DNA of 64,000 nucleotides. Origin: an uncultured Porphyromonadaceae bacterium. GTDB lineage: Bacteria > Bacteroidota > Bacteroidia > Bacteroidales > Barnesiellaceae_A. This document shows, piece after piece, positions 20,810-30,696 of this stretch (the first letter of the stretch is position 1; each line of letters starts with the position of its first letter). Under the pieces are notes generated by a model that saw nothing but the letters and a program-made list of their open reading frames with translations, made no database searches and was not told where the DNA came from. The position numbers and the translations under genes were made by a program. Where the stretch lies: assembly GCA_937891845.1 (NCBI GenBank), contig CALATP010000049.1:103743-167742 (forward strand), in the 5' to 3' direction.

Positions 20810-21949
20810 ATGAAAAGACGCGATTTTATTCGATATATTGGAGTTGGAGCAGCAGCGTTAGCTATTGTTCCGGACAAAATATTTGCACAAGATATTATTG
20901 TTGCACAACCTTATAAGAGCGGCAGCTTAAATTTATCTTTCAAGCCCTATCAACTTGATTTGATACACACCTTTACAGTATCAAAAAACTCACGTAAGCA
21001 CACCCCCGATGTATTGGTTTTTCTAGAATACGACGGAGTAATCGGCTATGGTGAAGCATCAATGCCACCCTACTTGGGAGAGACAGTTGATAGTGTTTGC
21101 CGGTTTCTTTCAAGATTGGATTTATCTCAATTTACCGATCCCTTTAGAATGGAAGAGATATTGGAGTATGTTGATAAAACAGCCGAAGGGAATAGAGCCG
21201 CAAAAGCATCAATCGATATAGCACTGCACGATCTAGTGGGCAAATTGATAGGTAAACCGTGGTGGAAAATATGGGGACTTACTCCTGAAAAGGCACCCTG
21301 TACGTCATTTACAATAGGAATAGATATTCCTGAAATAATAAGACAAAAAGTTGATGAAGCAGAACCTTACAAAGTATTGAAGGTAAAAGTGGGAGTTCCT
21401 AACGATAAGCTACTTATAGAAACAATACGAACCAAAACAGACAAGCCTATATGTGTAGATGCCAATGAGGGATGGAGCAACAAAGAAGAAGCACTTGAGA
21501 TGGCATATTGGCTTGCCGAGCGTGGTTGTATATTTATCGAACAACCATTCCATAAGTCAATGCTCGATGAGACCGCTTGGCTTCGAGAGAGAAGTCCCCT
21601 ACCCATTGTTGCCGACGAATTCTTGCAAAGAATTGACGATGTACCCCGAGCATATGGAGCCTATGATGCTATCAATATAAAGTTGATGAAAAGTACAGGA
21701 ATGCACGAGGCATACCAAATGGCTGCTGCTGCAAAAGCTATGGGTATGAAGCTAATGATAGGCTGTATGACTGAAACTTCCTGCGCAATATCTGCAGCCG
21801 CTCAATTATCACCTATGTGTAATTGGGCCGATCTTGATGGCAACTTGCTCATATCTAATGATTGCTACGATGGAGTTAAAATAATAGATGGACGTATTAC
21901 ACTCAATGAACGCCCCGGAATTGGAATTCTTGAAAAATCTAATACATAA
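20810..21949 (+). CDS. dipeptide epimerase (enolase superfamily, L-Ala-D/L-Glu epimerase-like) with a twin-arginine signal
   Basis: The start at ATG 20810 gives MKRRDFIRYIGVGAAALAIVP...FAQ, a Tat motif. Contains KVKVG, DANEGW and the metal-ligand/acid-base regions of the MR/MLE enolase family. It lies directly after a YkfC-like gene. Confidence 0.8.
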   Translation: MKRRDFIRYIGVGAAALAIVPDKIFAQDIIVAQPYKSGSLNLSFKPYQLDLIHTFTVSKNSRKHTPDVLVFLEYDGVIGYGEASMPPYLGETVDSVCRFLSRLDLSQFTDPFRMEEILEYVDKTAEGNRAAKASIDIALHDLVGKLIGKPWWKIWGLTPEKAPCTSFTIGIDIPEIIRQKVDEAEPYKVLKVKVGVPNDKLLIETIRTKTDKPICVDANEGWSNKEEALEMAYWLAERGCIFIEQPFHKSMLDETAWLRERSPLPIVADEFLQRIDDVPRAYGAYDAINIKLMKSTGMHEAYQMAAAAKAMGMKLMIGCMTETSCAISAAAQLSPMCNWADLDGNLLISNDCYDGVKIIDGRITLNERPGIGILEKSNT

Positions 21950-21953
21950 AACA

Positions 21954-23111
21954 ATGAAATGGTATAACTTAATACTTACCTTGACTATCGCTTTGTGCAT
22001 TAGTTGCGGTGACAAAAATGACAATAGTGGTGGTAATAACGGTGGTAATACAGATGAACCACCTGTTATCATACAACCTACATTTGACAACAAGTATATT
22101 GGAGCCGACTTATCACAATGGTTAGCCTACAAAAACGATGGTGCCGAGTGGAAAGAGAATAATATAGCTATAGATAACCTACCATTATTCTTCTCAAACA
22201 ACGGTTACAGTATTGCTCGCCTGCGATTATTTGTTAATCCCGACCTGAACAGCACTGCTTGTCAGAATCTAGAGTATGTAATAGAAAGTGCCCACGCACT
22301 GCAAAGTGCTGGAATGACAATCTGTTTGGATTTTCACTATTCAGATACTTGGGCCGATCCTTCTAAGCAATATAAACCTTCTGAATGGAGTGCGCTTGAT
22401 GCGACAGCATTGAAAAACAAAATTTATGAATACACCAAAGAGACGCTAAATGTACTGAAAGGTGAAAACATATCTGTTTCACACATACAAATAGGCAATG
22501 AAATCACTGCCGGAATGTTATGGAACACAGGTCGTATTGGCGTATGGAGTGATACATACGACACTCCCACCCAATGGGCTAGTTTCCTTTCTCTGTTGAG
22601 CAATGCATCTAAGGCCTGCCGAGAAGTATATCCTCAAGCTAAAATAATAGTTCATACCGACCGTGGTGGAGATGTAGAAACGTCCAAAAGATACTATGAA
22701 CGCATTGCTGATATAGATTATGACATTATAGGTCTTAGTTACTACCCTTACTGGCACGGCTCACTCAGTCACCTATCAGCAACACTAGGGGCTCTATCTA
22801 CCAAGTTTCCCAATAAAGAGTTGATGATAATGGAAACCGGATTTGGCTATAATGAATGGAGCGATGACAGTGCAACAGCTCAATATGGCAATTATGCATC
22901 AACGCCCGAGGGTCAAGAAGAGTTTATGCAAGACCTTATTTCAACACTTAAGCAGTATGAACACGTTACAGGAGTATTTTATTGGTTCCCTGAAGAGACA
23001 AAAATCGATTGGCGCAGCAAATATCGCATTGACCTCAATAGAGGATTATTCGACAAAGAAACAGGGAATGTATTACCTGCTTTTTACGTAATGCCACAGT
23101 TTGCCCAATAG
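21954..23111 (+). CDS. arabinogalactan endo-beta-1,4-galactanase (GH53), probable lipoprotein
   Basis: The start at ATG 21954 gives a signal peptide ending in a Cys. IQIGNEITAGMLW carries the acid/base Glu and IMETGFGY the nucleophile Glu. Confidence 0.85.
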   Translation: MKWYNLILTLTIALCISCGDKNDNSGGNNGGNTDEPPVIIQPTFDNKYIGADLSQWLAYKNDGAEWKENNIAIDNLPLFFSNNGYSIARLRLFVNPDLNSTACQNLEYVIESAHALQSAGMTICLDFHYSDTWADPSKQYKPSEWSALDATALKNKIYEYTKETLNVLKGENISVSHIQIGNEITAGMLWNTGRIGVWSDTYDTPTQWASFLSLLSNASKACREVYPQAKIIVHTDRGGDVETSKRYYERIADIDYDIIGLSYYPYWHGSLSHLSATLGALSTKFPNKELMIMETGFGYNEWSDDSATAQYGNYASTPEGQEEFMQDLISTLKQYEHVTGVFYWFPEETKIDWRSKYRIDLNRGLFDKETGNVLPAFYVMPQFAQ

Positions 23112-23126
23112 GAACTCGGTAATAAT

Positions 23127-23160
23127 AAAAAAGGTGCATCAAATTAAGTTTTGATGAACC
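23127..23160 (-). terminator. hairpin followed by a U-tract on the minus strand (likely pepO-like terminator)
   Basis: GGTGCATCAAA / TTTGATGAACC stem (1 mismatch) preceded on the plus strand by AAAAAA. Confidence 0.45.
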
Positions 23161-23171
23161 TTATATTTACT

Positions 23172-23209
23172 AATGTTGTTATTCGTATGAATAACAACAT
23201 TATTTTTTT
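23172..23209 (+). terminator. intrinsic terminator after the GH53 gene
   Basis: Perfect 13-bp stem AATGTTGTTATTC / GAATAACAACATT with a 4-nt loop, followed by ATTTTTTT. The T-tract runs into the pepO-like stop codon. Confidence 0.65.
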
Positions 23210-25262
23210 ACCATATAATTACACGCTTTTCGGGAGCAAGATACATAGCATCCTCTTCAGTAACACCAAAGGCTTGATAGAATGTTTCGATATTACGCAA
23301 GGTTGCGTTAACACGCCAACGACCTAATGAATGGGGGTCGGTAGTTGTGCGACGTAATATTTCAGCATCACGAATATTACCAGCCCAAAGTGCAGCATAA
23401 CCGAGGTAGAAACGTTGATCGGCTGTAAAACCATCGATAGCTTCAGGCTCTACACCGTTAAGAGAGTTGCGGAAAGCAGTATATGAAACGCGAAGACCAC
23501 CTTGATCGGCAATATTCTCACCAAGAGTGAATGTACCATTTGCATATACCGGGCCATTTTCTCCATTAAATACAACAATACTATCAAATTGGTTTATAAG
23601 TATATCGGCACGCTCTTTGAAACGATTAGCATCTTCTTCCAACCACCAATTGTTCAAGTTACCATCTTTGTCATATTGACGACCTTGATCATCAAATCCG
23701 TGAGTCATTTCGTGACCTATTACAACACCAATAGCACCATAGTTTACTGCATCATCGGCATTGGGATTGAAGAAAGGAGGTTGTAAGATACCAGCGGGGA
23801 AACAAATTTCGTTGGTAGTGGGGTTATAATATGCATTTACTGTTTGAGGAGAGATAAGCCACTTGTCTTTGTTTACAGGTTGACCAACTTCAGCAAGATT
23901 GTATTCGTTTTCAAACTCAACAGCACGTAAGGCATTGGCAAGATATGACTCTTCAGGATTTATCTCAAGACCGTCGTAGCTACGCCATACATCGGGATAA
24001 CCAATCTTTACGTGGAAAGCAGCAAGTTTCTCGTGAGCTTTTGCTTTTGTTTCATCACTCATCCATTCAAGATTATCAATGTGTTGACCGAGGGCTACTT
24101 GCAAGTTTTTCACCATTGTTACCATACGCTCTTTTGATTCGGGTGAGAAGTATTTCTTGACATACATTTCACCAACAGCTTCACTCATAAGAGAATTGGG
24201 TACTGCCAATGCGTGTTTCCAACGAGGCTCTTGCTCTTGTTTACCTGAAAGAGCGCGTCCATAAAAATCAAATTGTGCAGTAACAAACGCATCGCTCAAG
24301 CAGTCGGCAGCAGCATTTATCATATTGAATGTAAGATAAGTGCGGAATTCATCATCGCTGAGAGTTCCAATAAGACGGTCGGCAGCAGCAAGTGATCTGA
24401 CTTGACCAACAACAACTTCATTGATATTACTTACACCTAGTGCTGTGAAATATGCATCCCAATCGATATTAGCAAATTCAGACTTCAATACATCAATAGA
24501 TTTTTTATTATAGTTGGCTTCGGGATTACGCAACTCTTCACGAGAGAATGCAGCAGTTGCCAACTCTGTTTCTATCTTCATTACAGTTTCAACAGCAGCA
24601 GCTGCTTGTTCTTCGCTATAACCTGCTAAAGTAAAAAGAGTCTTGATATAAGTCTTATATGCATCACGAATAGCAACTGTGGCATCATCATTATTGAGGT
24701 AATAGTCACGGTCGCCCATACTCATACCAGACTGGTAGAAATTGAAGATATTAATACTACTGTTCTTCTCATCGGCACCTACATAACCAATAAAGAATGG
24801 AGCAGCATTACGTTTGTGCAAAGTGGCAATCATTGCGGCTTTCTCGGCAGGCGTTGCAACAGCTGCAATTTCATCCAAATAAGGCTTTAAGGGAGTAGCA
24901 CCTTCTTCATTGAGACGAACACTGTCAAGACCCATATTATATAGGTCGGCAATTTTACGTTCGCTGGTACCTACGGCAGCATTACTTTGAGAAAGCTCTT
25001 CAAAAAGTGCGCGTAATTGTTCTTCATTATCTTCGGCCAATTTATCGAATGAACCGAAACGAGAATGCTCGGGACGGAGAGGATTGGCAGCCATCCAACC
25101 TCCACAAGCATACTGATAAAAATCTTGAGCGGCAGTTACAGTAGTGTCGAGATTGGCTAAATCAACACCTGGAACTACGTCTTTCTCTTCAGTGGCCTTG
25201 GGTGCACAAGCACTTAATGCAGCAACTGCAACAGCCATCGAAAAATACTTCATTTTTGACAT
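23208..25262 (-). CDS. pepO: M13 family zinc metallo-endopeptidase (PepO / neprilysin-like), lipoprotein
   Basis: HEMTHGFD zinc motif and ENIADQGG. The lipobox is ALSAC. The true start may be the second ATG at 25253. Confidence 0.9.
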   Translation of the reverse strand: MSKMKYFSMAVAVAALSACAPKATEEKDVVPGVDLANLDTTVTAAQDFYQYACGGWMAANPLRPEHSRFGSFDKLAEDNEEQLRALFEELSQSNAAVGTSERKIADLYNMGLDSVRLNEEGATPLKPYLDEIAAVATPAEKAAMIATLHKRNAAPFFIGYVGADEKNSSINIFNFYQSGMSMGDRDYYLNNDDATVAIRDAYKTYIKTLFTLAGYSEEQAAAAVETVMKIETELATAAFSREELRNPEANYNKKSIDVLKSEFANIDWDAYFTALGVSNINEVVVGQVRSLAAADRLIGTLSDDEFRTYLTFNMINAAADCLSDAFVTAQFDFYGRALSGKQEQEPRWKHALAVPNSLMSEAVGEMYVKKYFSPESKERMVTMVKNLQVALGQHIDNLEWMSDETKAKAHEKLAAFHVKIGYPDVWRSYDGLEINPEESYLANALRAVEFENEYNLAEVGQPVNKDKWLISPQTVNAYYNPTTNEICFPAGILQPPFFNPNADDAVNYGAIGVVIGHEMTHGFDDQGRQYDKDGNLNNWWLEEDANRFKERADILINQFDSIVVFNGENGPVYANGTFTLGENIADQGGLRVSYTAFRNSLNGVEPEAIDGFTADQRFYLGYAALWAGNIRDAEILRRTTTDPHSLGRWRVNATLRNIETFYQAFGVTEEDAMYLAPEKRVIIW

Positions 25263-25308
25263 AATTGATTAGTTTTTTAGGTTAGTAATTCTAATTATTT
25301 ATTTGTAA

Positions 25309-27255
25309 TTATAAACTTGATTTAAGTTCTTCCAACTCTTCGGTACAACTCTCCCAACGAATCATAGCATCATCAAGTTGCTTTTTTAGTGAAGCGTGTT
25401 CTTCATATAGTTTCATATCAGCAGCTCCTTCGGGTGTTGTCATTTTATTTTCTACAACATCAATGGCATACTCAATACCTGCTATTTCGTCTTCTATGGC
25501 AGCAACTGTTCGCTCGGCTTTTTTGATGCGACGAGAAATTTCTTTTCTCTCTTCATACGAAACTTTAGCCTCACTCTTTTCTTGTAAGTTAGATTGCTTG
25601 GTTTTATTGCTTTGTGATTGAGTAGACAACTCCAACTGTCGTAGTGAGTCTAGCTTCTTCTTTTCTAGGAAGTCATATATACCACCTAAATGTTCGCGAA
25701 CACGACCTCCGCCAAACTCATACACTTTATCTACCAACCCATCCAAAAATTCACGGTCGTGCGATACAATGATAACAGTACCATCGAAGTCACAAATGGC
25801 CTTCTTTAATACATCTTTGGTGCGCATATCAAGATGATTGGTCGGCTCATCCAGTATAAGCAAATTGACCGGCTCTAGCAAGAGTCTAATCATTGCTAAG
25901 CGTGTTTTTTCGCCACCGGATAGTACACTGACTCGCTTGTCGGATGCTTCACCACCAAACATAAATGCGCCCAAAATATCGCGTATTTTCGTGCGTATAT
26001 CACCCACCGCGACTCTATCTATCGTATCGAAAACCGTAATTGAGCCATCCAATAATGATGCTTGGTTCTGCGCAAAATATCCTATCTTGACATTATGCCC
26101 TAGTTTGAGAGAACCTTCGTATGGTATTTCTCCCATTATGCACTTGACAAGAGTAGATTTTCCTTCACCGTTTTTACCCACAAATGCTACTTTTTCTCCT
26201 CGTTTCAATGTAAATGTAGCATTCTCAAATACCAAATGCTCTCCATAACATTTACGTACATCGTCGGCAATAATAGGATAATCACCCGAACGAGGTGCCG
26301 GAGGGAAACGTAAGGAAATATGTGAGGTATCTACCTCATCTACTTCAATGCGATCGATTTTTTCTAGTTGTTTAATACGAGATTGCACTTGCACCGCTTT
26401 GGTCGCTTTGTAGCGAAAACGTTCAATAAAAGACTCTGTATCTTGGATTTGTTTTTGTTGATTTTCGTATGCACGTTGCTGTTGTTCAAGGCGCTCTTGC
26501 CGGAGAACAACGTACTTTGAGTAATTTACTTGATAATCAAAAATTTTACCGAGAGAAATCTCTATTGTTCTATTTGTTACATTGTCAATAAAGGCGCGGT
26601 CGTGAGAAACCAACATAACAGTTGCGGCTCTTGTAGCAAGAAAATTCTCTAACCATTGTATTGATTCTATGTCCAGGTGGTTAGTTGGCTCATCTAGTAG
26701 CAATACATCGTGATGTTGTAAGAGCAACTTTGCCAACTCTATGCGCATACGCCATCCACCACTAAATTCTGCTGTTGGACGATCAAAATCGGTGCGTAAA
26801 AAACCAAGACCCATCAGTGTCCGCTCTATCTCGGCTTGATAGTTGGCACTTCCTGCAAGAGCCAGTTGTTCTGTTGCTGTGGAAATTCGTTCTATCAATT
26901 CCTGGTAATCGTCACTATCATAATCGGTGCGCGAAGCCAACTCTTCATTCATACGCTCAACCCTACTTCGCAACTCAAATACATGTGCAAATGCTTGTTC
27001 CGCTTCTTGCATTACCGTTCGAGTATCACTCAATTGCATCTGTTGGGGCAAGTAACCAATTGACAAATCTTTTGGACGATTAACACGTCCCGAGGTGGGC
27101 TCTTGCAACCCTGCAATAATTCTCAACATCGTAGTCTTTCCGGCTCCATTCTTTCCTACAAGAGCTATGCGATCACGCTTATTGACTACATAAGTAATGT
27201 TATCAAAAAGAGGATTTGCTCCAAACTCAACCGTTAATCCTTCAATCGAAATCAT
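25309..27255 (-). CDS. ABC-F family ATPase (two ABC domains, C-terminal coiled-coil extension)
   Basis: 648 aa. Two Walker A motifs (GKNGAGKT, GKNGEGKS), two LSGG signatures, and an inter-domain linker. The C-terminal ~95 aa are a Ser/Lys-rich stretch followed by heptad-like sequence. Confidence 0.9.
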   Translation of the reverse strand: MISIEGLTVEFGANPLFDNITYVVNKRDRIALVGKNGAGKTTMLRIIAGLQEPTSGRVNRPKDLSIGYLPQQMQLSDTRTVMQEAEQAFAHVFELRSRVERMNEELASRTDYDSDDYQELIERISTATEQLALAGSANYQAEIERTLMGLGFLRTDFDRPTAEFSGGWRMRIELAKLLLQHHDVLLLDEPTNHLDIESIQWLENFLATRAATVMLVSHDRAFIDNVTNRTIEISLGKIFDYQVNYSKYVVLRQERLEQQQRAYENQQKQIQDTESFIERFRYKATKAVQVQSRIKQLEKIDRIEVDEVDTSHISLRFPPAPRSGDYPIIADDVRKCYGEHLVFENATFTLKRGEKVAFVGKNGEGKSTLVKCIMGEIPYEGSLKLGHNVKIGYFAQNQASLLDGSITVFDTIDRVAVGDIRTKIRDILGAFMFGGEASDKRVSVLSGGEKTRLAMIRLLLEPVNLLILDEPTNHLDMRTKDVLKKAICDFDGTVIIVSHDREFLDGLVDKVYEFGGGRVREHLGGIYDFLEKKKLDSLRQLELSTQSQSNKTKQSNLQEKSEAKVSYEERKEISRRIKKAERTVAAIEDEIAGIEYAIDVVENKMTTPEGAADMKLYEEHASLKKQLDDAMIRWESCTEELEELKSSL

Positions 27256-27266
27256 TTTTATAAGTA

Positions 27267-28592
27267 TTATTGAGGTTCCGATTTATTATTTCTAGCACTA
27301 TTATTCTTGCCACTGCGACCACGATGGTGTGACTTTCTTCGAGAAGTATCATTTCTGTTATCGGTATTACCCAATGTGTTATTTACCTCTCGACGGCGAT
27401 TACGACCTCTACGATTATTATTTCGTCTCGGCATAGGTTGTGGGGTGTATGACGGTGCCTCTCCCAGCTCAGCCGGTAATTCATTTTTGTGTACATCATA
27501 GCCGAGAAAACGCTCAATACGCTTAAATCGTACTTGGTCATCTACCGCTATAAATGTGATGGCACGTCCCGTGGCACTGGCGCGAGCTGTACGACCTATC
27601 CTATGAATGTAATCTTCAGGGTCACGAGGTACATCATAATTTATGACAAGACCTATTTGGTCAATATCTATACCACGAGAAACTATATCAGTAGCGACAA
27701 GAATATCTATTTTATTGTTTTTAAAGTCAAGCATTACCTTGTCTCGCTCTTCTTGCTCGAGATCGCTATGCATAGCAGCGACACGAAATTTTTTTCGTTT
27801 CAACAAGTATGCTACTTCTTTACATTTAATCTTTGAAGAAGCAAACACAATGGTTTTGCCATCTATTTCATTTGAGAATAAATGTTCTATAATACCAATC
27901 TTTTGTGCCTCATAACAAACATAAGCACTTTGATCGATTGCATCATTGGGTCGAGAGATAGCGACACTGACCTCAATAGGATTACGTAAAATATTACGAG
28001 CCAATTGGCGTATTTTAGGAGGCATTGTAGCCGAAAACAACAATGTCTGTCTCTCTTTAGGCAAATACGAAACTATATCCATAATGTCATCGTAAAAGCC
28101 CATATCGAGCATACGATCGGCTTCATCAAGAATTAGATATTCTACTCCCGAAAAATCAATATTACTTATCTTAAGATGTGAAATGAGCCTTCCGGGTGTT
28201 GCAATAATAACATCAGCCCCTAGTGTGAGTCCTCTCTTTTGTTGCTCCCACGATGCACCATCGCCTCCGCCTGACACTGCAACGGTCGATATAGGTGCAA
28301 AATATGAAAAACCTTCAAACTGTAAATCTATTTGCTGAGCCAACTCTCTTGTAGGGGTAATAATAACAGCCTTAACTTTATTTTGTTCATTCCCGGTTAC
28401 AAGCAATTGACTCATTAGAGGAAGAATAAAGGCTGCCGTTTTACCTGTTCCTGTTTGGGCGCAAGCTATCAAGTCGCTACCATCCATTATTACAGGGATA
28501 GCCTTCTCTTGTATAGGAGTAGCCTCGCGAAAATTCATCGCGTCCAGACCATCTAAAATCTCATACTCAAATCCAAATTCATCAAATGTCAT
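27267..28592 (-). CDS. DEAD-box ATP-dependent RNA helicase with a basic R/N-rich tail
   Basis: Q-motif region, AQTGTGKT, DEAD, SAT and HRIGRTAR. The start at ATG 28592 (MTFDEFGF) is preferred over 28622. Confidence 0.9.
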   Translation of the reverse strand: MTFDEFGFEYEILDGLDAMNFREATPIQEKAIPVIMDGSDLIACAQTGTGKTAAFILPLMSQLLVTGNEQNKVKAVIITPTRELAQQIDLQFEGFSYFAPISTVAVSGGGDGASWEQQKRGLTLGADVIIATPGRLISHLKISNIDFSGVEYLILDEADRMLDMGFYDDIMDIVSYLPKERQTLLFSATMPPKIRQLARNILRNPIEVSVAISRPNDAIDQSAYVCYEAQKIGIIEHLFSNEIDGKTIVFASSKIKCKEVAYLLKRKKFRVAAMHSDLEQEERDKVMLDFKNNKIDILVATDIVSRGIDIDQIGLVINYDVPRDPEDYIHRIGRTARASATGRAITFIAVDDQVRFKRIERFLGYDVHKNELPAELGEAPSYTPQPMPRRNNNRRGRNRRREVNNTLGNTDNRNDTSRRKSHHRGRSGKNNSARNNKSEPQ

Positions 28593-28800
28593 AACAAATG
28601 GCATTAACAATGCATAAATCATACAAAGTTAACGTTTTTTTTGTCTCACATCACAAGTTTAGTATTAGAAGTAATATTTTTTCACATAAAAATACACCTC
28701 TTTATAACAAAACAAATATCGACAATGATTGAATATGCTAATTGGGAATCAGTATACCGATAAGAATTTATTGTTGCCGAATTATTCTTGTACTAATCAA

Positions 28801-30684
28801 CTAGAATCTCTTTACTATTTCGTCCATTGTAAAAAGAGTAAAGACTGGCTTACCATCTTGCGTATAATTGGGTGTAGAAAGAGCAAAAAGGTCTCCTATT
28901 ATTTGTTCCATCTCGGTAGACGAAAGTACTTGACCTACCGGTATTGCTGCAGATTCGGCCAAGGTAGCGGCTATGCGGTTAAACAGTTCTTCCTTTACGC
29001 TACATTCACATCCTTCGGCCGATAGAAACATCTGTTCGACAAGCGTGCTTACATCAATTCCATCTATTCCGGCCGGTATTCCGCACACGGAGTAACTACC
29101 GCCACCCATATCAGACAAGTCAAACCCCAATTGTGATAAAACCGGTTCTATTTCGCTAAACATTGCAGCACGAGTCGGTGATAGTTGTATCAATTCGGGG
29201 AACAATAATTGTTGCGAAGGCAGAGAATTTTCTTCCAACCGACGCTGCGTGTACTGCTCAAAAAGTATTCTTGCGTGAGCTCTATGCTGGTCTACCAATA
29301 GCAATCCATTCTTTGACGGTGTAATAATGTATCGGCCTTTGAATTGCATATACAGCGATGGAGAATGAATATTTGTAGTTACTAAGTTTAACCCCGATTG
29401 AACTAATTCATCGTTACCGGCAAATAAACTATTATCTACATTATTATCCGATTGCATTGGTGTTATACTACCGGTCTCATTGGTTTGAGGCATATCATTC
29501 TTTGACGATACAAAACCATCATATAGCTTCTGCCAATCATACTCCGGTCTTTTAGTGGAACTCGAGCGTGAAGGCTGATTGAAAGGATTATATTGAGGAT
29601 TATATCCTTTAGATGGTGGCGCAATATTACTTCCTGGTGTGTATGCCGGTATTACCGGTGCATCTTCCATATCAAAATCTATAGATGGAGCAGCGCAGAA
29701 TTTTCCGAGTGCTTCTTTGACACCGGCCAAAACTATAGGCCAAATAGCTTGCTCTTCTTCAAATTTGATTTCGGTCTTTGTAGGATGAATATTTACATCG
29801 ATTGTGTCGGGTGACACAGAGAAATTCAAAAAGTAATTGGGCATTTCATTGGCTGGAATCAGTTCCTCATATGCTTTCATTACCGCCTTGTGAAATGCAG
29901 GATGACGCATATATCGCCCATTTACAAAGAAATACTGCAAGGCACCGCGTTTACGGGCTGCTTCGGGTTTGCCTACAAAACCGGAAAGGGTAACTATTGA
30001 TGTCTTGGCTTCAACCGGCAGTAGTTGTTGGTTGAGACTCTTACCAAAAAGAGCAACAATACGTTGGCGTAGAGAACCAACCGGTAAACGATGTATCTCA
30101 ACATCATTATGGGTCAAAACAAATTCTACGTCGGTATTGACAAGTGCCATTCGTTCAAATTCATTAACAATATTACTCAGTTCCACTTGATTACTTTTCA
30201 AGAATTTGCGTCTGGCAGGAACATTGAAGAATATATTTTTTATACTGAAATTACTTCCAACAGGAGCCGATACAACCTCCTGAGACTCACACTGTGAAGC
30301 TGCTATGCGCAGATAAGTGCCCACTTCATCTTCGGCACGACGTGTACGTAGCTCAACTTGTGCTATAGCTGCAATAGAAGCAAGTGCCTCGCCACGAAAT
30401 CCCATCGTTTGTAACGAAAATAAATCATCAGCCTTTTTAATTTTGGAAGTAGAATGTCGTTCAAATGCCAATCGGGCGTCTGTTGGCGACATACCACAAC
30501 CATTGTCTATAACTTGAATAAGTGTACGACCTGCATCTTTAAGAATAATCTGTATGTTGGTTGCACCTGCATCAACAGCATTTTCGACCAACTCTTTAAT
30601 AACAGAAGCCGGGCGCTGAATAACCTCGCCGGCAGCTATTTGATTGGCTACAGAATCGGGCAGTAGGTGTATGATATCATTCAT
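28801..30684 (-). CDS. mutL: DNA mismatch repair protein MutL
   Basis: N-terminal GHKL ATPase motifs (LPDSVANQIAAGEVIQRPASVIKELVENAVDAG, DNGCGM) and a C-terminal dimerisation domain. Confidence 0.92.
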   Translation of the reverse strand: MNDIIHLLPDSVANQIAAGEVIQRPASVIKELVENAVDAGATNIQIILKDAGRTLIQVIDNGCGMSPTDARLAFERHSTSKIKKADDLFSLQTMGFRGEALASIAAIAQVELRTRRAEDEVGTYLRIAASQCESQEVVSAPVGSNFSIKNIFFNVPARRKFLKSNQVELSNIVNEFERMALVNTDVEFVLTHNDVEIHRLPVGSLRQRIVALFGKSLNQQLLPVEAKTSIVTLSGFVGKPEAARKRGALQYFFVNGRYMRHPAFHKAVMKAYEELIPANEMPNYFLNFSVSPDTIDVNIHPTKTEIKFEEEQAIWPIVLAGVKEALGKFCAAPSIDFDMEDAPVIPAYTPGSNIAPPSKGYNPQYNPFNQPSRSSSTKRPEYDWQKLYDGFVSSKNDMPQTNETGSITPMQSDNNVDNSLFAGNDELVQSGLNLVTTNIHSPSLYMQFKGRYIITPSKNGLLLVDQHRAHARILFEQYTQRRLEENSLPSQQLLFPELIQLSPTRAAMFSEIEPVLSQLGFDLSDMGGGSYSVCGIPAGIDGIDVSTLVEQMFLSAEGCECSVKEELFNRIAATLAESAAIPVGQVLSSTEMEQIIGDLFALSTPNYTQDGKPVFTLFTMDEIVKRF

Positions 30685-30696
30685 AAATACAAGTAG

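Noticed and set aside
25838-26248. Antisense ORFs inside both ABC-F genes (25838..26248 + and 46580..47023 -) that share peptide strings such as SSPPNINAP.
   Set aside because: The similarity is just the mirror image of the conserved ABC-F coding sequence on the opposite strand. Both are Ser/Pro-rich shadow frames.
27267-27440. A repetitive R/N-rich coding stretch at the 3' end of the helicase gene, considered as a possible DNA repeat or low-complexity element.
   Set aside because: It is the basic, disordered C-terminal tail common in DEAD-box helicases. It has no exact DNA tandem repeat.
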